A DNA stretch of 64,000 nt from a virus. Under the pieces are notes generated by a model. It searched no databases. It had not been told where the DNA came from and saw nothing but the letters and a program-made list of their open reading frames with translations. The translations under genes and the position numbers were made by a program. The DNA lies in the IMG/VR virus record IMGVR_UViG_3300006735_000026, positions 9,533 through 73,532 of that record; one strand, written 5' to 3'. Of the stretch, positions 19,124 to 34,100 are shown piece by piece; the stretch's first letter is position 1; each line of letters opens with the position of its first letter.

Positions 19124-22100
19124 GGATCTCTGGATCGATAACCTCTTCACCGTATAGGGAAAGATCTGGTGCAGTCCAATCATCAGGAACAGATGTTTCA
19201 ACGATGACTTCTGGATTCTGATAACCAGAACCAGCATTGCTCATCTCAACACCCGCAACACCTACCAGTGCGCGTACTTGACCATCGAATCCAGAAATAG
19301 AGTCAAGTCTTACAGTAGGTCTAGATGTGTAGTTGGAACCGCCAGCGGTAACCTGTACCCTGTCAATGAATCCACTTGTCAGGTTCGCGGACGCTTGTCC
19401 GTCTTGCCCGAAGACAGATCCCAGATAATCGAATGTAATCAGGGAGTTTGAAGATTCAATCAGAGCAACTTCTCTTGGTGATGTCTCACCTTGAATCTCG
19501 ATAAAGTCACCAGATTCAATTGGCGGAACAACAGTTGCTGCTTCAACGTCTGCTTCAGAACCAACGTAGGAGAATGCGACGAATGTCGATCCAACACGAG
19601 GAATTTCTGAGAAGATAATTCTAGAACCAACAATTTCAAAACCAACACCAGGTTCCTGCAGAACACCATTGATAGAAACAATAATGTTATTTTCAGGTCT
19701 AATGACGCTCGATTGAACACCATCAGTCAGTGTCAGTGAATAGAATACATCATTACGCTTGAGGTTGAAGGACTGACGTAAGGAGTCAAACTCAAACGAA
19801 ATATCATCTAACTGTCTCAACTTACCAACATAGAATCCAGTGAAGGATGCGCCAGGATCAGGTGCTTCAGTGAATTGAATTTCATCAGAGAATGCTGTGA
19901 ATGCATTCGTTGCACCAGGAGGTTGCAGAACACCATTGATAAAGATGAGCAAGTGACCAGCAGGATCAGGAAGATACTGTGTGCCATTGTCAGTGGTAAG
20001 TTTGAAGTTGGTTTGAGTGCCATCAAATCCTTTGAAAGCACGTTTTGTTCTTGCCTTCAGTTCAACCTTAGAAAGAACCGCTGCACGATATCCGTCAAGA
20101 CCCTTGATAGAATCTTTAACATCAAATGTTCCACGAATATCACTCAGGTAGATTCTTCTGTTAAGACCAACTGGGCGAATATCCTGTACAAGAGCGGCAG
20201 CAGCGCCAGCAGTTGTAACCTTAGTGCTGATCGATGCATAACCAACAGGGAAACTGTTACCAACACCGTAATCACCAATCAGATCACCATTACTGAATGA
20301 ACCAACAACTTCAGTGATGTAGATATAGTTGTTACCAAGATCAACTTCAGTAATAATACCGTAGTTGGAAGTATCTTGATTACCGTTAACAACCTTGTAA
20401 ATTCTGTTGCCCACAGTGAATACATTCAATCCACTGACGATAGCAACTCCAAGTCTGATGTATCCTTCAGATGCGATTCTTTGACCCACCTGAACATCGA
20501 GACCAGCATACTTAGAAACATCCAGGTATTCTCTAGAGGACTCAGGATAGACAACCGAAGTCTTCTCGAAGGAACCGAGTAGCGACGGGGTATCTACTGT
20601 CAGAGTACCACCAGCATTGCTGGTTACTGCAGCTTGTGTCTTGAGGAATCCAGTAGGTGTAGCAGAATTGCCACTTGTATATCCCTTGAATGGAATATCA
20701 TTAGCGAAGTCACCTTTCAGATCAATTACATGCAATCTATCCTCTTCTGCACTGATTTGTGCAGTTGTGGAGTTTGTTGCACCGACGAGGGTATCTGTAA
20801 CTGCCCAAGGACCAGCGGTAACACGAACATCAAGATACTTGTAGTTTGCATCTTCATGGAATCCATAAACAACGCCAGTAACAGAAGGAGCACCTTGCTT
20901 GGTAACTACCTCACCCATAATGAATGGACCATCGGTGATAGTACCATCAATTCTAAATCTCTTATAAACTTGAACAACCTTCGCTTCATTGACGGTAATA
21001 CCTTCCAATTCAGCGTAAGAGTCACTGTTGAGACCGTAGATATAATCAGAACCTTGCAGACCACCAGCAATTCCGACAGGAATGTCTCTAACTCCATATG
21101 TCTTAGCGACCAAGGAAATGCCATTGACCTGAATAAGAGTTGTGTAGTAACTATCAGTTGTTAATTGCTCACGAATGATATTCAATCCATAACGAATAGA
21201 TCTTTGAATAGTTGCCTTGGTGTAGTCACCTGCCTTAGTTGCATCATAGTAACTATAGAATCCAGCACTGGTAGAAGGAGAAGTCAAAGTACCGTCGAGT
21301 GCTTGACCCATGAACCCTTCTAAGAGATTGATTGCATAGTTCTTAATGTTGTATTCAGTATCAGCGTAGAAGATTTCTCCACTGACTGCAGTGTATGGAT
21401 CCAGAGCACCCTTATTGAGTTTTGCACCCCAGAGGTATGCACCAACGCTTCCATCACCAGTCCAGTTGTTTGCACCAGTAGCAGAGTTAACAATAACAGA
21501 TGATCTGAGTGTAGAGAAACCAAATCCGAACGTTGTTGTGATATATGCTCTATACCAACCATCACCATAAGGAACAGCACCAAATGCATCGCCTGTGATA
21601 CCCCCTTGAGGAATAAACAGAGATCCTGTGGTTCCAGCGTTGAGATTGAGATCGAAGAAGATGTTCTGTTCAGAAGCAGCTCCAGGATCAAGGGTCAATT
21701 GGAATCTTACAGATTGAGATCCAGCAGTCTTGAAGAATACTGAATATGTGAATGTCTGAGTAGCATCGATTCCAGCAGAACCTGTGTCAAAGGTTTCATT
21801 AGAAGTGTCAAACTTAACTGTGCCTGAGTCAAACGTTTCAAATGCAGTCAGACTGTAGTCTCTGAAAGTATCATGAACACCGCCATTTGAGTTTGCTGCG
21901 AAGAATTTCTCTGCAGTAACTGTAGCGTCAGGAGCAGCAATGCTGTTATTTGTAATCAGGAGTGAATCAACACCACCAAGATCATTCACCTGCCAGTTAG
22001 CAGCAAATGCCTCAGGATTAGTGAAGAGATTGATACCAGAAATTTGACCTGCGATGTTAGAAGTGATTGTTCTTGCCTTAGCAAGGATCTTAACGTTTGC

Positions 22101-25100
22101 AGGAGAAGTGTACCAATCGTAAGCAGAACTTACACCGCTAGTTGCGATAGTTCCTGTTGCACTAGAAGGTGCAGACAGAGTATCTGCTGCTGCCCATGCA
22201 GTGCCAGTAAATGCACCGACGTAGAGGATTTCATCTTCAGCATCCCAGTCGAGAACAGTTGCAGTTCCACCACCGCTAGATGTAACCGTCTCACCAACTA
22301 CAAAAGCACCAGTAGAAGCACTCAGAGTAATTGTATAAGCAGATACACTAACATCAACATCAGTAGTGATCAAGTCATGTACGATATCATCAACTAAACC
22401 TTCAACAAAGGTGTCATAAGTCCATGCACCAACACCGAACTGTGCGATTGCTTGTGTGGAAATCTCTTCTTTGTAGTAGTTCTTGTTATACAGAAGATTC
22501 TTAGCAGCACTTCTTGCTTCATCCTTACCAGGTGCAAGGATAGCAACAGAGGTATCGACAAGATCTCTGATTCTGTAGATAACGTTGTTGATTGCTGTTG
22601 GGGTCAGGACATCACGGTATGCAGTCTGTGATGTGAATTGTGCTGCATACTGATCACCAGTTACAGCAGCGAATTGATCATACAGGAGATTTTGTACTGC
22701 TCTCTCAGCAAATGTCTTGAGTAATTCAATAGAGTAAATGGTAGCAAGTAACTCATTCTCAATGTGATTGATAGTGAGGTTTGCATTCAGATACAATTCA
22801 ATTGCTTGAATAGTGCTATTAGTACCACCAGTTTGAAGATCGGAGATAATGCTCAAGAGGATCAGTTTAAGATCTCTTTGGCAAGTTGCAGCACCATTAG
22901 AACCAGGATATGTCAATGCGCTGTAGTTAACACCATTCAGATCGTATGTAAATTCTTGAGTAGTGAGTCCAGTGATTTCTTCAGCAATATAATTTCTGTT
23001 GAAATAGATTCTATCAGCAGCAATTTCAAAGTCCTCATCAGTAGGAGCGATAATATCATTGATTGTTGTAATCAGCGTGTCAATAGCGGATTGTACGTTT
23101 GCACAGTTGCCACCATCTTGAGTGATACCCCAATCGCCAACAATGATTGCATCGGTATTAGTTTCATCGAGATCACCAGTAATCGCTTGCTTAGCATAAT
23201 AACCTAAACGGTCATGTGCGTAGATTGACTGGAATGCCTGCAGTCTGATGTGTTGCAGTTCTCCATTAGCACCAACATAGAAGTTACCAGCAGTAATTGT
23301 ATTTCTGTTACCACCATTTTCAATGTCATTAGCGATAGCATCGAGGATTTGTCCCAGGTCAGTCTTACAACGGAGAGTACCATCGGTACTGCCACCATTC
23401 TGGTTTCTAGGCATATCCTGAGCGAGATCAGGATATCTTGCGATCATGTCTGCCGCTGCCTTATCGACGATTGGTGTGCGGTTTGCACGGATCAAACCAG
23501 CAGCATCTCTGAATCTATACTGAGCATCACCATCAATTTGATTAGAATAAACCAGATCATTTACAGTATCTTGATAACTGACTGTGAAGTCTGTTTCCAA
23601 GAATGCATCAACTGTTCCACCTTGGAATTCATATGCAGGTTCAACTTTGGTTACGCTTGCGAGGTGATCGACAGGAGAACTCAGATTTGCGTTCTCAAGA
23701 GTATCAGTGATGATATCCATCAGGTTACCAACTGTGCTCCAGACATCAGCACAATCACCAGTGGTGTAATCAAGAACCGTAACGGCATTTGCAGTTGCAG
23801 AAACAAATGTGTGTGCGTACTGCTGACCGACAGGTGAAGCACCAATATTAACAGTGATCGTAGTTCCAGTAACTGCTTTTACAGGGAGAACTGCATTGTA
23901 TGCAGGATCAGGAGATCCATCACCAGCAATTGCACGAGGATATGCAGTTTGACGATCATTATTGTCTTGAGCACAAGTGAATGTGAGACTTTCTGTAGCA
24001 ATACCAATTCTTGAAGCAGTTGTCAGAGAGTGAGATCCGATTGTAAGGACCAAATCACCTGATGCTGCATCATAGGTTGTTGGTGCAGTGACATTGAACT
24101 GTGTGAAGGAACTTGTGGAAGAATCAGTGATTGTAGTATCAGTCTTCTGAGTCAGTCCATGAGAACCAGTAACAGTCCAAAGAGTATTTGTAATAATGTA
24201 TTGTGCAATTTCTTTTGCTTTATCAAATGCCCAAACAGTTTCTACTTGCTCACCATCAACGTGATTGATTGTGATAGGAGTTGTAGTTCTATTGACATAC
24301 AGTGCTGCTGTATCCCAAATGTGACTATTACCACCATTGCGAAGGTCTTCAACCAACTCTTCAATAACATCTACAATATCATCTTCACAATTTACATTTC
24401 CGCCAGGAATTGCTAATGAAGGATATTGCTGAGTCAGTAAGTAAACAGTTTCCTTTGCAATGAAATCTTTGTTTGCAAGTAAGAGGTTTGCAGCATCATA
24501 ATATCTCTGAGTCTTACCAGCGAATCCAGCAGGAGCGCCTGTAACTCTAGAAGTTGCAAGGATTGCATCGTTATTGAATTCTTCACCCTTAGTGAATCCT
24601 TCAGAACCAGACCAATCATCAACATAGGTTTGACCTTCTGTACCATCAAAGTGAAGAAGTAACTTAGTATTTGAATCACCTTGGAAGATGCCTGCTGGTG
24701 CAGTGAATGTACCAGTGTAACGAGCATTAGTAGAAACACGGAACTCATCGACATAACCAGGGAATACTGAAGCAGCGTTATAAGTAGCACCAATTCTAAT
24801 TGGTTTGGTTGATCCATAGTTAGAAGCATCAGAGTAATCACTACCCTCTTGTGTTCCATTGAGGAACATCTTAGTTGTACTACCGCTTCTGCTGATAGCA
24901 ACGTGATACCAAGTTCCAGCAACTAAGTTTGTTGTACCAGTGATTGTAACACTACCATTGTTGTAGTATTTCAGGTTTGCACCGTCGAGATACAGATATG
25001 GTGACAGTTCAGTTGCTGTTGTTCTGAAGTCAAAGAGTGTTTTACTTCCTGCAGCAACAGAGAGAGGTTTGATCCAAAGTTCAACTGTAAATGCACCTGT

Positions 25101-28100
25101 TCCGAAACCGAATTCGGTAGAGGTAGCGTAACTAATATACTCATCAACGGGGACTGCTCCAACATTAACAGTGACTGTTGTAGAAGTAGTTGCGGTGATA
25201 GTAAGTGCCTGACCAGATGCAGGGTCAGTAGCACGAGGATATGTTTTATTGGAAGTGTTATTATCTTGATCACAAGTAAATGTAATGCCATTGTCTGCAA
25301 TGGTTACTTTATTACTAGTAGTCAGAGAGTGAGTTCCAATGTTAAGAACTAAGAGTCCTGAGAGAGCATCATAAGTTGTTCCTGCTTGAGCAGTAAATGT
25401 TCCACTTGCACCAACAGATGCAGTGATTGCATTAGTGACACCACTAACAAAAGTATGAGGAGCAACGCCAGGAGAAAGTGCTAAACATGCAGTTCCATAT
25501 CTCTCATTGTAAGTATTGAGACCTGCGCCAGCAGTAAAGGTTGCTGAATGATAATCTGCACCAGTAGATTGAGTTCTACCAATCTTACCAAGATACAGGG
25601 TTCTTCTTGCTTGGTTGTAACCAATAACTTCTGCTTTAGTATCAGTGGTTCTGATTATCTGACCAGCACCAAAGAATCCACTACCAACACTATCTTTGAA
25701 TGTTAGTTTTCTAGTCTTACCAGGTTCATTTGCAAAGAAGTCAGCACTAGAAGTACCATATTCTAATTTGTAGTTACGAATAAATTCGTCTTGCTGAAGA
25801 GCACCAGATGCATTGTCGTAAGGGATTACGAAGTTATTGATAAGTTCGTTTGATGGGAAACGAATATCAAATGCAGTGGAGTTATCAGTGAAATCAACAA
25901 TACTTACAGTTGATTTAGAAATATCATCTAAGACGATATTTGGATAAGTTTGTGATGTAATTCTGTTGAACAGCAGACCGAAGAAGGATGAACCTTCAGA
26001 GATGTTAACCTGTCCGATAAACTCTTGAGTTACAGGATCTTGATATGTCGCTGTAGATGTAATCTGAGCAACAACACCAGAAGATGCGCCGATGATAACA
26101 TCGTTGAGTTCGATATCATAAAGACCAGGTGTCGATTGATATGTACCAGCAGTCTTGCTAAGAGTTAAGTCATCGGTGACAGAAATTTGTGTTCCGTAGA
26201 TCGGAATATCTTCCTGTTGTGCTACTGGTTGAGTACCATCTTCACCCCTGGTTACACCAAGTGTTGTGGAATCAGATCCATCAGTAATAGTATTGACAGT
26301 AAAGATTTCAGATCCGAACTGATACTTTTGACCTTGGACAAATGTGCCAGCAGGAACAGGTGCATCTGCACCAGACGCAGTAGTTACAACTTCAAAGGTA
26401 GTAGTTGCAGCACCAATAGTGTAACGAAGATCGGCAAGAGGTGTTTCCTGACCTCTTTGCAGGTTGATCTGTTCAACTTTAGCAGTATCACCTTGGAGAT
26501 TAGTAACTGTCTCACCAAAAGCGAACAATCCAATGTTAGTGATTGGAGTATTAGTTGCCAAGTTAGCAGAGAATCCAGTTGCACCAACTGTGCAAAGTTC
26601 TCCGATAATGAACGTACCTTCAGTTACATAACCCTCAATGACATCACCAACAACCTTAGTTACAGTCAATCTTGCTGTAGAAGATACACCGATCAGAGTA
26701 TTACCTGTGTAAGGGAAGATACCACTTTGATTGGTGAATGTGAAACTTACCGTACTAATTTGATTTACGGTAACATTTACATACTTGACGCTTGCAGGGG
26801 GTTGAGGTGGTTCGCTGAATACAATGGAATCTCCTTGAATTTCAAACGAAGTGTTTGGAGTTTGTGCAACACCATTCAGAACAATCATCAACTGATTAGC
26901 GTTAGCAACAACGTTGCTACCAGAAACAGTCAGAGGGAATGCAATTCTTTCGCCATCAAACAGATTTGAAATATCATCAATACGCTGTACGACAGAAGTC
27001 AAGATGTTCTCTGAAGAGGTAAGTCTCTTCTGACGGAACAGAACTTCAGTATTATTGAACTCTGAATACAGAGGTTCAACCAGCGAGAAGTTTTGAATGT
27101 TTGGAACGATTGATTCTCTTGCAAGTTCAACCGACTTAGTTAACTCAAAATCAGTAATCTTGTTAGGAATTGAACCATACTCATTCAGATTCAACTCACC
27201 AAATACTTTGAACGAAGCGGGATGGACGTTCTTGATTAAGATATCCTTCCAATCGTCAATAGAGACAGAAGACTTAACAGCGTAAGAGAAGTCCTGATAG
27301 TAGTAAGAGTCTTGAATCTTTTGAATGATCTCAGAAGGCTTACCAACGTCATCAATAAATTGACCTGTAGTCTTGGTAATAGAACCAATCTCCAGAACAC
27401 CTTTTGCGATCTTAAGATCACTAATGATACCAGAGGACTTAGAAATTACACCAGTTACTCTTTGATTTGCAGAGAAATCACCAGTGTAATCAACAATCTT
27501 AAGAATTCTAGGACCAACCTGCCAACCAGAGTTAGTAGAAACATAACCAGTCGCAGTTGCAGTCTCAAATGTATCACCTTGATAAACCAACTCACCTTCA
27601 AGGAAAGTAGAAGTGATAACGTTTGCAGTTGCTGCAGCACCGAAAGATTCAGTCAGCAATGATTGTCTGCCAACACCAGCGTTAGCAAAGGTAATTGCAT
27701 CACCAAGTTCGGCGTTAGCAGAAGTGATTGCAAGTTTTAACTGATCATCTTCCAGAGAGTTTGCACTACCTGTGATTGCAAAGTAAGTTGTAGTAGAATT
27801 CAATCTACCCAAAGCACCTGCTGCCAGAGGGAAGTCAGCACCGTCACCAGTATCAGTTACTGTAAGAGTGACTTCAGATCCATTGACAATACCATGAGGG
27901 AATGCAAACTGCAGAAGACCCAAGTCAAGGTTAACAACATAGTTGAAAGAAGACTTCAGTGCAACTGCGGGTTCGGAAGAATAACCTGAACCAGGATCCT
28001 TTACAAGGATTTGATCAATACGACCATTTCTAATTGTTGCCTCAGCAATAGCACCAATACCACCGCCACCTGTGATAACAACAGCAGGTGCCTGTGAGTA

Positions 28101-31100
28101 ACCAGAACCAGGATTGGTAACAGTGATACTGTCAAGAATACTAGTAGATGTTAATTGTGCGTTGATCGGGAATGTGATCTCAGGACGCAGTGTATAGTCA
28201 TGAGGATAATCATAACCAAAGTTGTTGTTCTTAAGTTTCTTAATCTTACCAACTTTATCACCTTTGGTGAAGATAGAAGCACCTGTACCGAAAGGAGGAA
28301 TAACAACCTCCAACTCAGCACCAGATCCAGTCAAACCAGCACCCAAGATACCATCAATTGCTTCAATATCAATCGTTGCTGTTGTATATCCTTTACCAGG
28401 AGAAGTAACAACAACTTCTTGAACTTGACCAGGGATCAGAACACCTTCAGAATCAGTGCCATCAGCAACTAGGATAGAGACTAAACCGCCCTCACCATCT
28501 CCACCGATTGGAACGCCATTATACACACCAGGAGCGTATTCAGTACCAGGTTCGTTGATATCAACTCTTTCAATTTTACGAGAAGACTGAATGCCTGTTA
28601 CGATAGGAAGTCTGGAGTAGAAACCACCAGCATTGACAATTCTGATGGAATCGATAGGACCAACTGCCTTTGTGGAAGAGGTGCTATAAGAAGATTGTGA
28701 AACTGTTGCGACACCTTCAGGTTCGTTGGGAAGTAAGAACTTAAAGACGTTATCGCCAGTAGTAATTGTACCACCAGAAGTATCTGTGACAGTAAAGGTT
28801 CCCAGATAGGGAGAATCAACAATATCAAGATAACTACCAGCAGCGATAGGAGACTCACTACCAGTTCTGGAAGGATCGAAGTAATATGAGATATTAGTTA
28901 CAATATCACGATCAACTTTCAGTTTTACAGTAGGAGTGGGTTGTCCTTCACCAGTCAAACCAGGTGTTCCAATTCTCTCAATAGAGTTGAAGGAATATTC
29001 CAGTTTGAACAGATTATCTTTGGAGAACGACAGGTTTGCACCAGCCATAGAAGAGTGACTGAGATCAAACAGATACTGGTGACCATAGTACATCTTCAAG
29101 ACAGGAGACTTGACGAAGATGCTTACACCACCTGCTGATGTTGCAGGAGCAGTGATTGCTGCTGCGCTTAACTTGTATGTAAATTCCTTAGAACTTACTA
29201 CGCGATCAACAGTGAATGATCCATCATATTCATCATATGTGACACCACCAGATTCTTGAGATGGGTTACCATCAACATTAATATTCTCACCTGCTGTCAG
29301 ATAATGCTTGTCAGCAGTAATTACATAAACTTCATCAGTATTAGCAACTGCAGTACATTGCAGAGTCTTGCTTAGAGTAGAAACTAAGGTGATCTTCAGA
29401 ACACCAGTAAGGTTCGTAATCTGAGCAGTAGTAAATGCTGCATTGAATGAAATATCAGATGCTGTGATGTTAACAACAGATCCAACGATGAAAGATGATG
29501 ATCCAGAAACCTCTTCAATCTTAACACTGTAGAAATCAGTATTGAAAGGTTTAAACGTAGCGAAAGAATCAAGATTCTGACCGCCACCTGCATTATATGT
29601 TCCGTCTAAATTATACTTGTCAAGATCAATATCGAATGTGCCAGGTGTAGTATTGTCAATCTTCTCAAAGATGTAATCTGTAATATCATTGATATCTTGA
29701 GGTACAGGACCAGTGATACCGTAAGTGCTTTGCTCTGCAAATTGCTCAGTAACCAGATTACCAGTATTCAGATCATCAGACCAAGCATTGTTATTGACAG
29801 CAACCAATACTTTATTATTGACTTTATCAACGCTTAAGATATATCCACTATTGACAAAAGTTCCTGCAGCATTGTTTAAACGCAGTTTTGCACCAACAGT
29901 GAAATTGAATGCTTGGTTGATAGTAAGTTCCTGAACATTGTCGATCTTGACAGTGTTAGTAACTTTCATGTAATAACGGTTTCTGACAACTGCAGTTACC
30001 TTCAGTTTTTGAGATCCAGGTGAAGGTACTGTAGAAGTTCTAGAACTCCACTCATCAACAGCATATGTCAATGTCTCAGTGTCTTGTGCTAACGTAATTG
30101 TTGCATCGTCAAAGTCTAAAGTTTGCAGTCCAACATCACCCAGAGCAAGTCCGATATTAGTTACGGTAAGAGTTGATCCTGTGACAGGAGTGATAGCAGA
30201 TCTACCAAAACCAATTCCAGTATTAGTTTGGACACCCTTATCACCAAGTCTTGCTGCATCGGAGTTTTTATCAGTTTTGATACCCCAACCGATGTAGTCA
30301 ATGTAGTCATAACGATTCAGGTTAGTTGTAAACCAAGCGGTATCAACCCAACTGAACGCAAGACCGTATGCACCAGAAGCAGGAAGTGCCGAGACATCGC
30401 TAGGAACTGTAGGAGTAACTGCTCTGTTTCTAAGTCTAATGTTGTCGAAGTATCCTTGGAACTGTTCGTTCTTACGGAACTGTCCAAGAGTTGTGCTTCT
30501 ACCAGGAATATTACCGAAGAACAGATCTTTGTTTCCAAGACTGGTGCTTGCAATAGTACCAGTGAATACCTGAATACCATTGATGTATCCAGTGAAACTA
30601 TTACCAGATTTCTGAACTGCAACAAATTGCCAGGTATTATCGGCAAACATAGTTGTCGATACTGACTGTAGTGCGCTACCTGCAGAATTAAGAGCAGTTG
30701 TGTTATTTGTAACAACTAATTCCAGTTTGCCACTAGAAAGATCATAGTACAACCAGAGACCACCAGTAGAAACGGTAGCATCGCCAATCGCCATCAATGT
30801 GACTTGAGTTTGACTATGAGTATTGTACTCAGAACCATTCTTATAGACCATGAATTCACAGGTCCAGTCATCATTCAACTTAGTTCCAAGTTGTGCCGCA
30901 GGAATCTTGATATTTGCATTTTCCCATACAGAAGGAGATGCAGTTTGATATGCAGGCATGTATGCCGCATTTGCAAGATACTGAATTGCACCATTGGTTC
31001 CAGTATATGTGGCAGTGTAGTGAGAACAACTATCACCAGTTTCACCAGATTCAAAAGCGAAGATGAATTCATTTCGGTTCCAGGAAGTTTGACCGAATGT

Positions 31101-34100
31101 ATAAACATCACCTGAGTTATCAACCGCTAAAGCATGTGCTGAAATACCTTCAATATTATTCTTATTAAATTCATTATTGGTATGAGTCTTTAACTTACCA
31201 TCATAACCAATTTTGACAGTATCTACAGTTTTGTATGTTGTAGTATTATCAGTTCTGCTGAATGCTACGTTCAGGTCACCGAAAATGTCAATGACACACT
31301 TTTTAGCAACTTCAACAGTCTGACCACTAGGAGCAACATATCTGTAGTTCCAAAGAAGATCTCCAGTTGTATCGAATTTACCAACCCAGAAACTATCTTT
31401 AGTAGTATTGTCAGACTTGAGTCTCAGTGTTGCAGAAACATAGCACTCTTTAAACTCATCACTGACCAAACTTACATCGAGGAAGGAATATAAAGAACTA
31501 TTGACTTCCTTAATCCATTCAACAGTAATTGCACTGGTTCCGATAAGTGCTTTACCGAAAGATACTCTAATATCATCATTACCAGAAGCATCTGCAGTTT
31601 CTAAGACAAAGTAAACTGCATCGTCAAGAACAATCAGGTCGCGAAGTTTTTCTGACTTAGAAGAAGTCGAAATTTTTCTCTTTGCAGCAAAATTACCAGT
31701 TGAATCAATAGATGCGATGAATGCATCATATGGATTTGCTGAGTTGGTATTTGTAAAACCACCAATAATATAACGAGTATCAGAATATCTCTTGATTGCA
31801 GTTACATGGTCTGCACGAGTAGAACCAGAGATACCAGCATAACCTTTTTGGAAATTCAGAGTTGCACTAAGTCCATCAGCAGCCTGAGTGTATTTTGCAA
31901 GAATGATATCAGGATTATATGCAGCAAGAATTGGAGCATTGGGTTTGTTTTCACCAACTACCCAAATGTTATTGCCACTAACATCAATATTATTGAATTC
32001 TGTATAAGTTTCACCTGTTTGACTTTCTAAAGTCTTCTCCCATTCTTTTACTCCAAGAGCAGAGAACTTAGAAACAAATGCAACTTCATTGCTATTGGCA
32101 TCTAAAGTTTTACCACAAACAAAGAGTTCTTTATCATCATTTACGACAATATCATTAACTTTTACATAATTTTGATTTGCAATAGTAGATACATAATAAT
32201 CTGCTTTTTTGAATACCTGAGGATGACTTAAGATAACTCTAGGGTTCTTAGTATATCCAGAACCAGAATTAACAATGTTAACTGTTTCAATCGATCCAAC
32301 AGATGTAACTACTGCTTTCAATTCTGCCGATTCTCCATCACCATCAATAATAATGGTAGGAGGAATCTCCTCATCGTATCCAGATCCACTCTGTTCAATT
32401 ACGAGTTCTTCAATACCTTTTAACTGACGAACAACAAACTGCTTGTTTGTGTTGTCCATTACAGGATTGTAATTCACATAAACCGTATCGCCAGCAGCAA
32501 TGTTATGTGGAACTTGTGTTTGAACAACACCATAGTTCTTATCACTTACTGTTTCAAAACCATAAGATGTGATTGTCTCACCAGTAATTCTAGAAACACG
32601 AGCAGATACGCCAATGCCCTCAGTATCAGTATTGTCAAATGTTAGAATGTCATTTACCTGATAACTCTTACCAGGGTTTTCAACAATGAATCCTGTTACA
32701 GCAGCATCTTCAAACTTGGTAATAGTTTCAACTTCAATATCAACCTTAGAATCGAATCTTACTGAAGGGAAGTAATCGAAGAGTTGTAAAGGAGATTCTT
32801 CAAACAGTTGATCGGGATCAGCAGTCTCTGCTGCATCGATAATACCGTCTCTGTTCTCGTCTTCTACGTCAAACAGGAGAATGTCACCACCCTCAGTGGT
32901 TAGGGCGTTTGTAGAGGCATTTGGTGCCCTCTCAACGTCAATATCAACGTTCTCATAGGGATCTCTGTAGCGGACAACACCTGTAGGAATATTTTGCTGT
33001 ACAGCATCTTTATTCAGGTTCCAAGAATCAACAACTGAGTTGAAATCTGGACCCATGACATATGGGAACAATGCATTACCTAACTCGGTAGTGTCAATAG
33101 TGACAAAATAGCAATACCTACCTTCTGGGAAGTCTGGTGTCTTACAGAAACGACCATTATACTGATCCAGATCACCTAAACCAAAGACATACTCATAGTC
33201 TTCAATAAACTTACCTGCTGGTTCATCAGTCAGTAAAGGTCCAGCAGTTCTAACAGGATACGGATTTGTATCTGCATTATAAACAATATTTGTCTTCAGA
33301 CGGTATGAAGTATCAAGTCTAGTGATTTCAGATGATTGATCTGTAGGATCGGTGTATCCATAAGGACCATAGATGGGGTTACCGTCAAACGACCAACCAA
33401 TAATAGGAGAGTGTGTTAACTGATCTTCTTGCTCTCTGATATCACCATTAGTATTTTCAAATAAGTTATCACCCAGAATATATCTCAGTCTCTGAGGATT
33501 GGAAAGGTGTGCATACTCACCACCATACTGATTATTGAATCCAGCAAATACAGCACCCTGAGCAGAGTCAAATGTGGTGGTTTGCTCTAAGTTGTATGTC
33601 CATTGGAATACATTAGAACTAAATGTCGCATTGTTACCAACAGATGTCAAGTTAATCAGAGTTGTACCCTGAACGTAGTTGATACCTCTGTTCAGAATTT
33701 CAATACTAGTCACCCTACCAGCATTTTCACCATCAGTATCGATAGTTGCACGAGCAAGGGCACCGAAACCATCACCTTGAATTGTGATTTCAGGAGCAGT
33801 TGTATATCCGCTACCTGCAGAGATGATAGCGATAGAAATAATTCTTCCGTTACTAACGATTGCTTGAGCAACAGCGCCAGAACCAGAACTCAAAGAAATA
33901 GTGGGTTTGGAGGTATAAGATGCACCACCCTCATCAACAGAGATAGATCTAATAGGACCACGAACAGATGCGGTTGCAGTTGCACCAGTACCACCGCCAC
34001 CAACGATAGTGATTGACGGTTGTGAGGTGTATCCTGTACCACCAGAATTCATAAGAATCCTAGAGACAACACCCTTAGTGATAATAGCAGTTGCAGCAGC

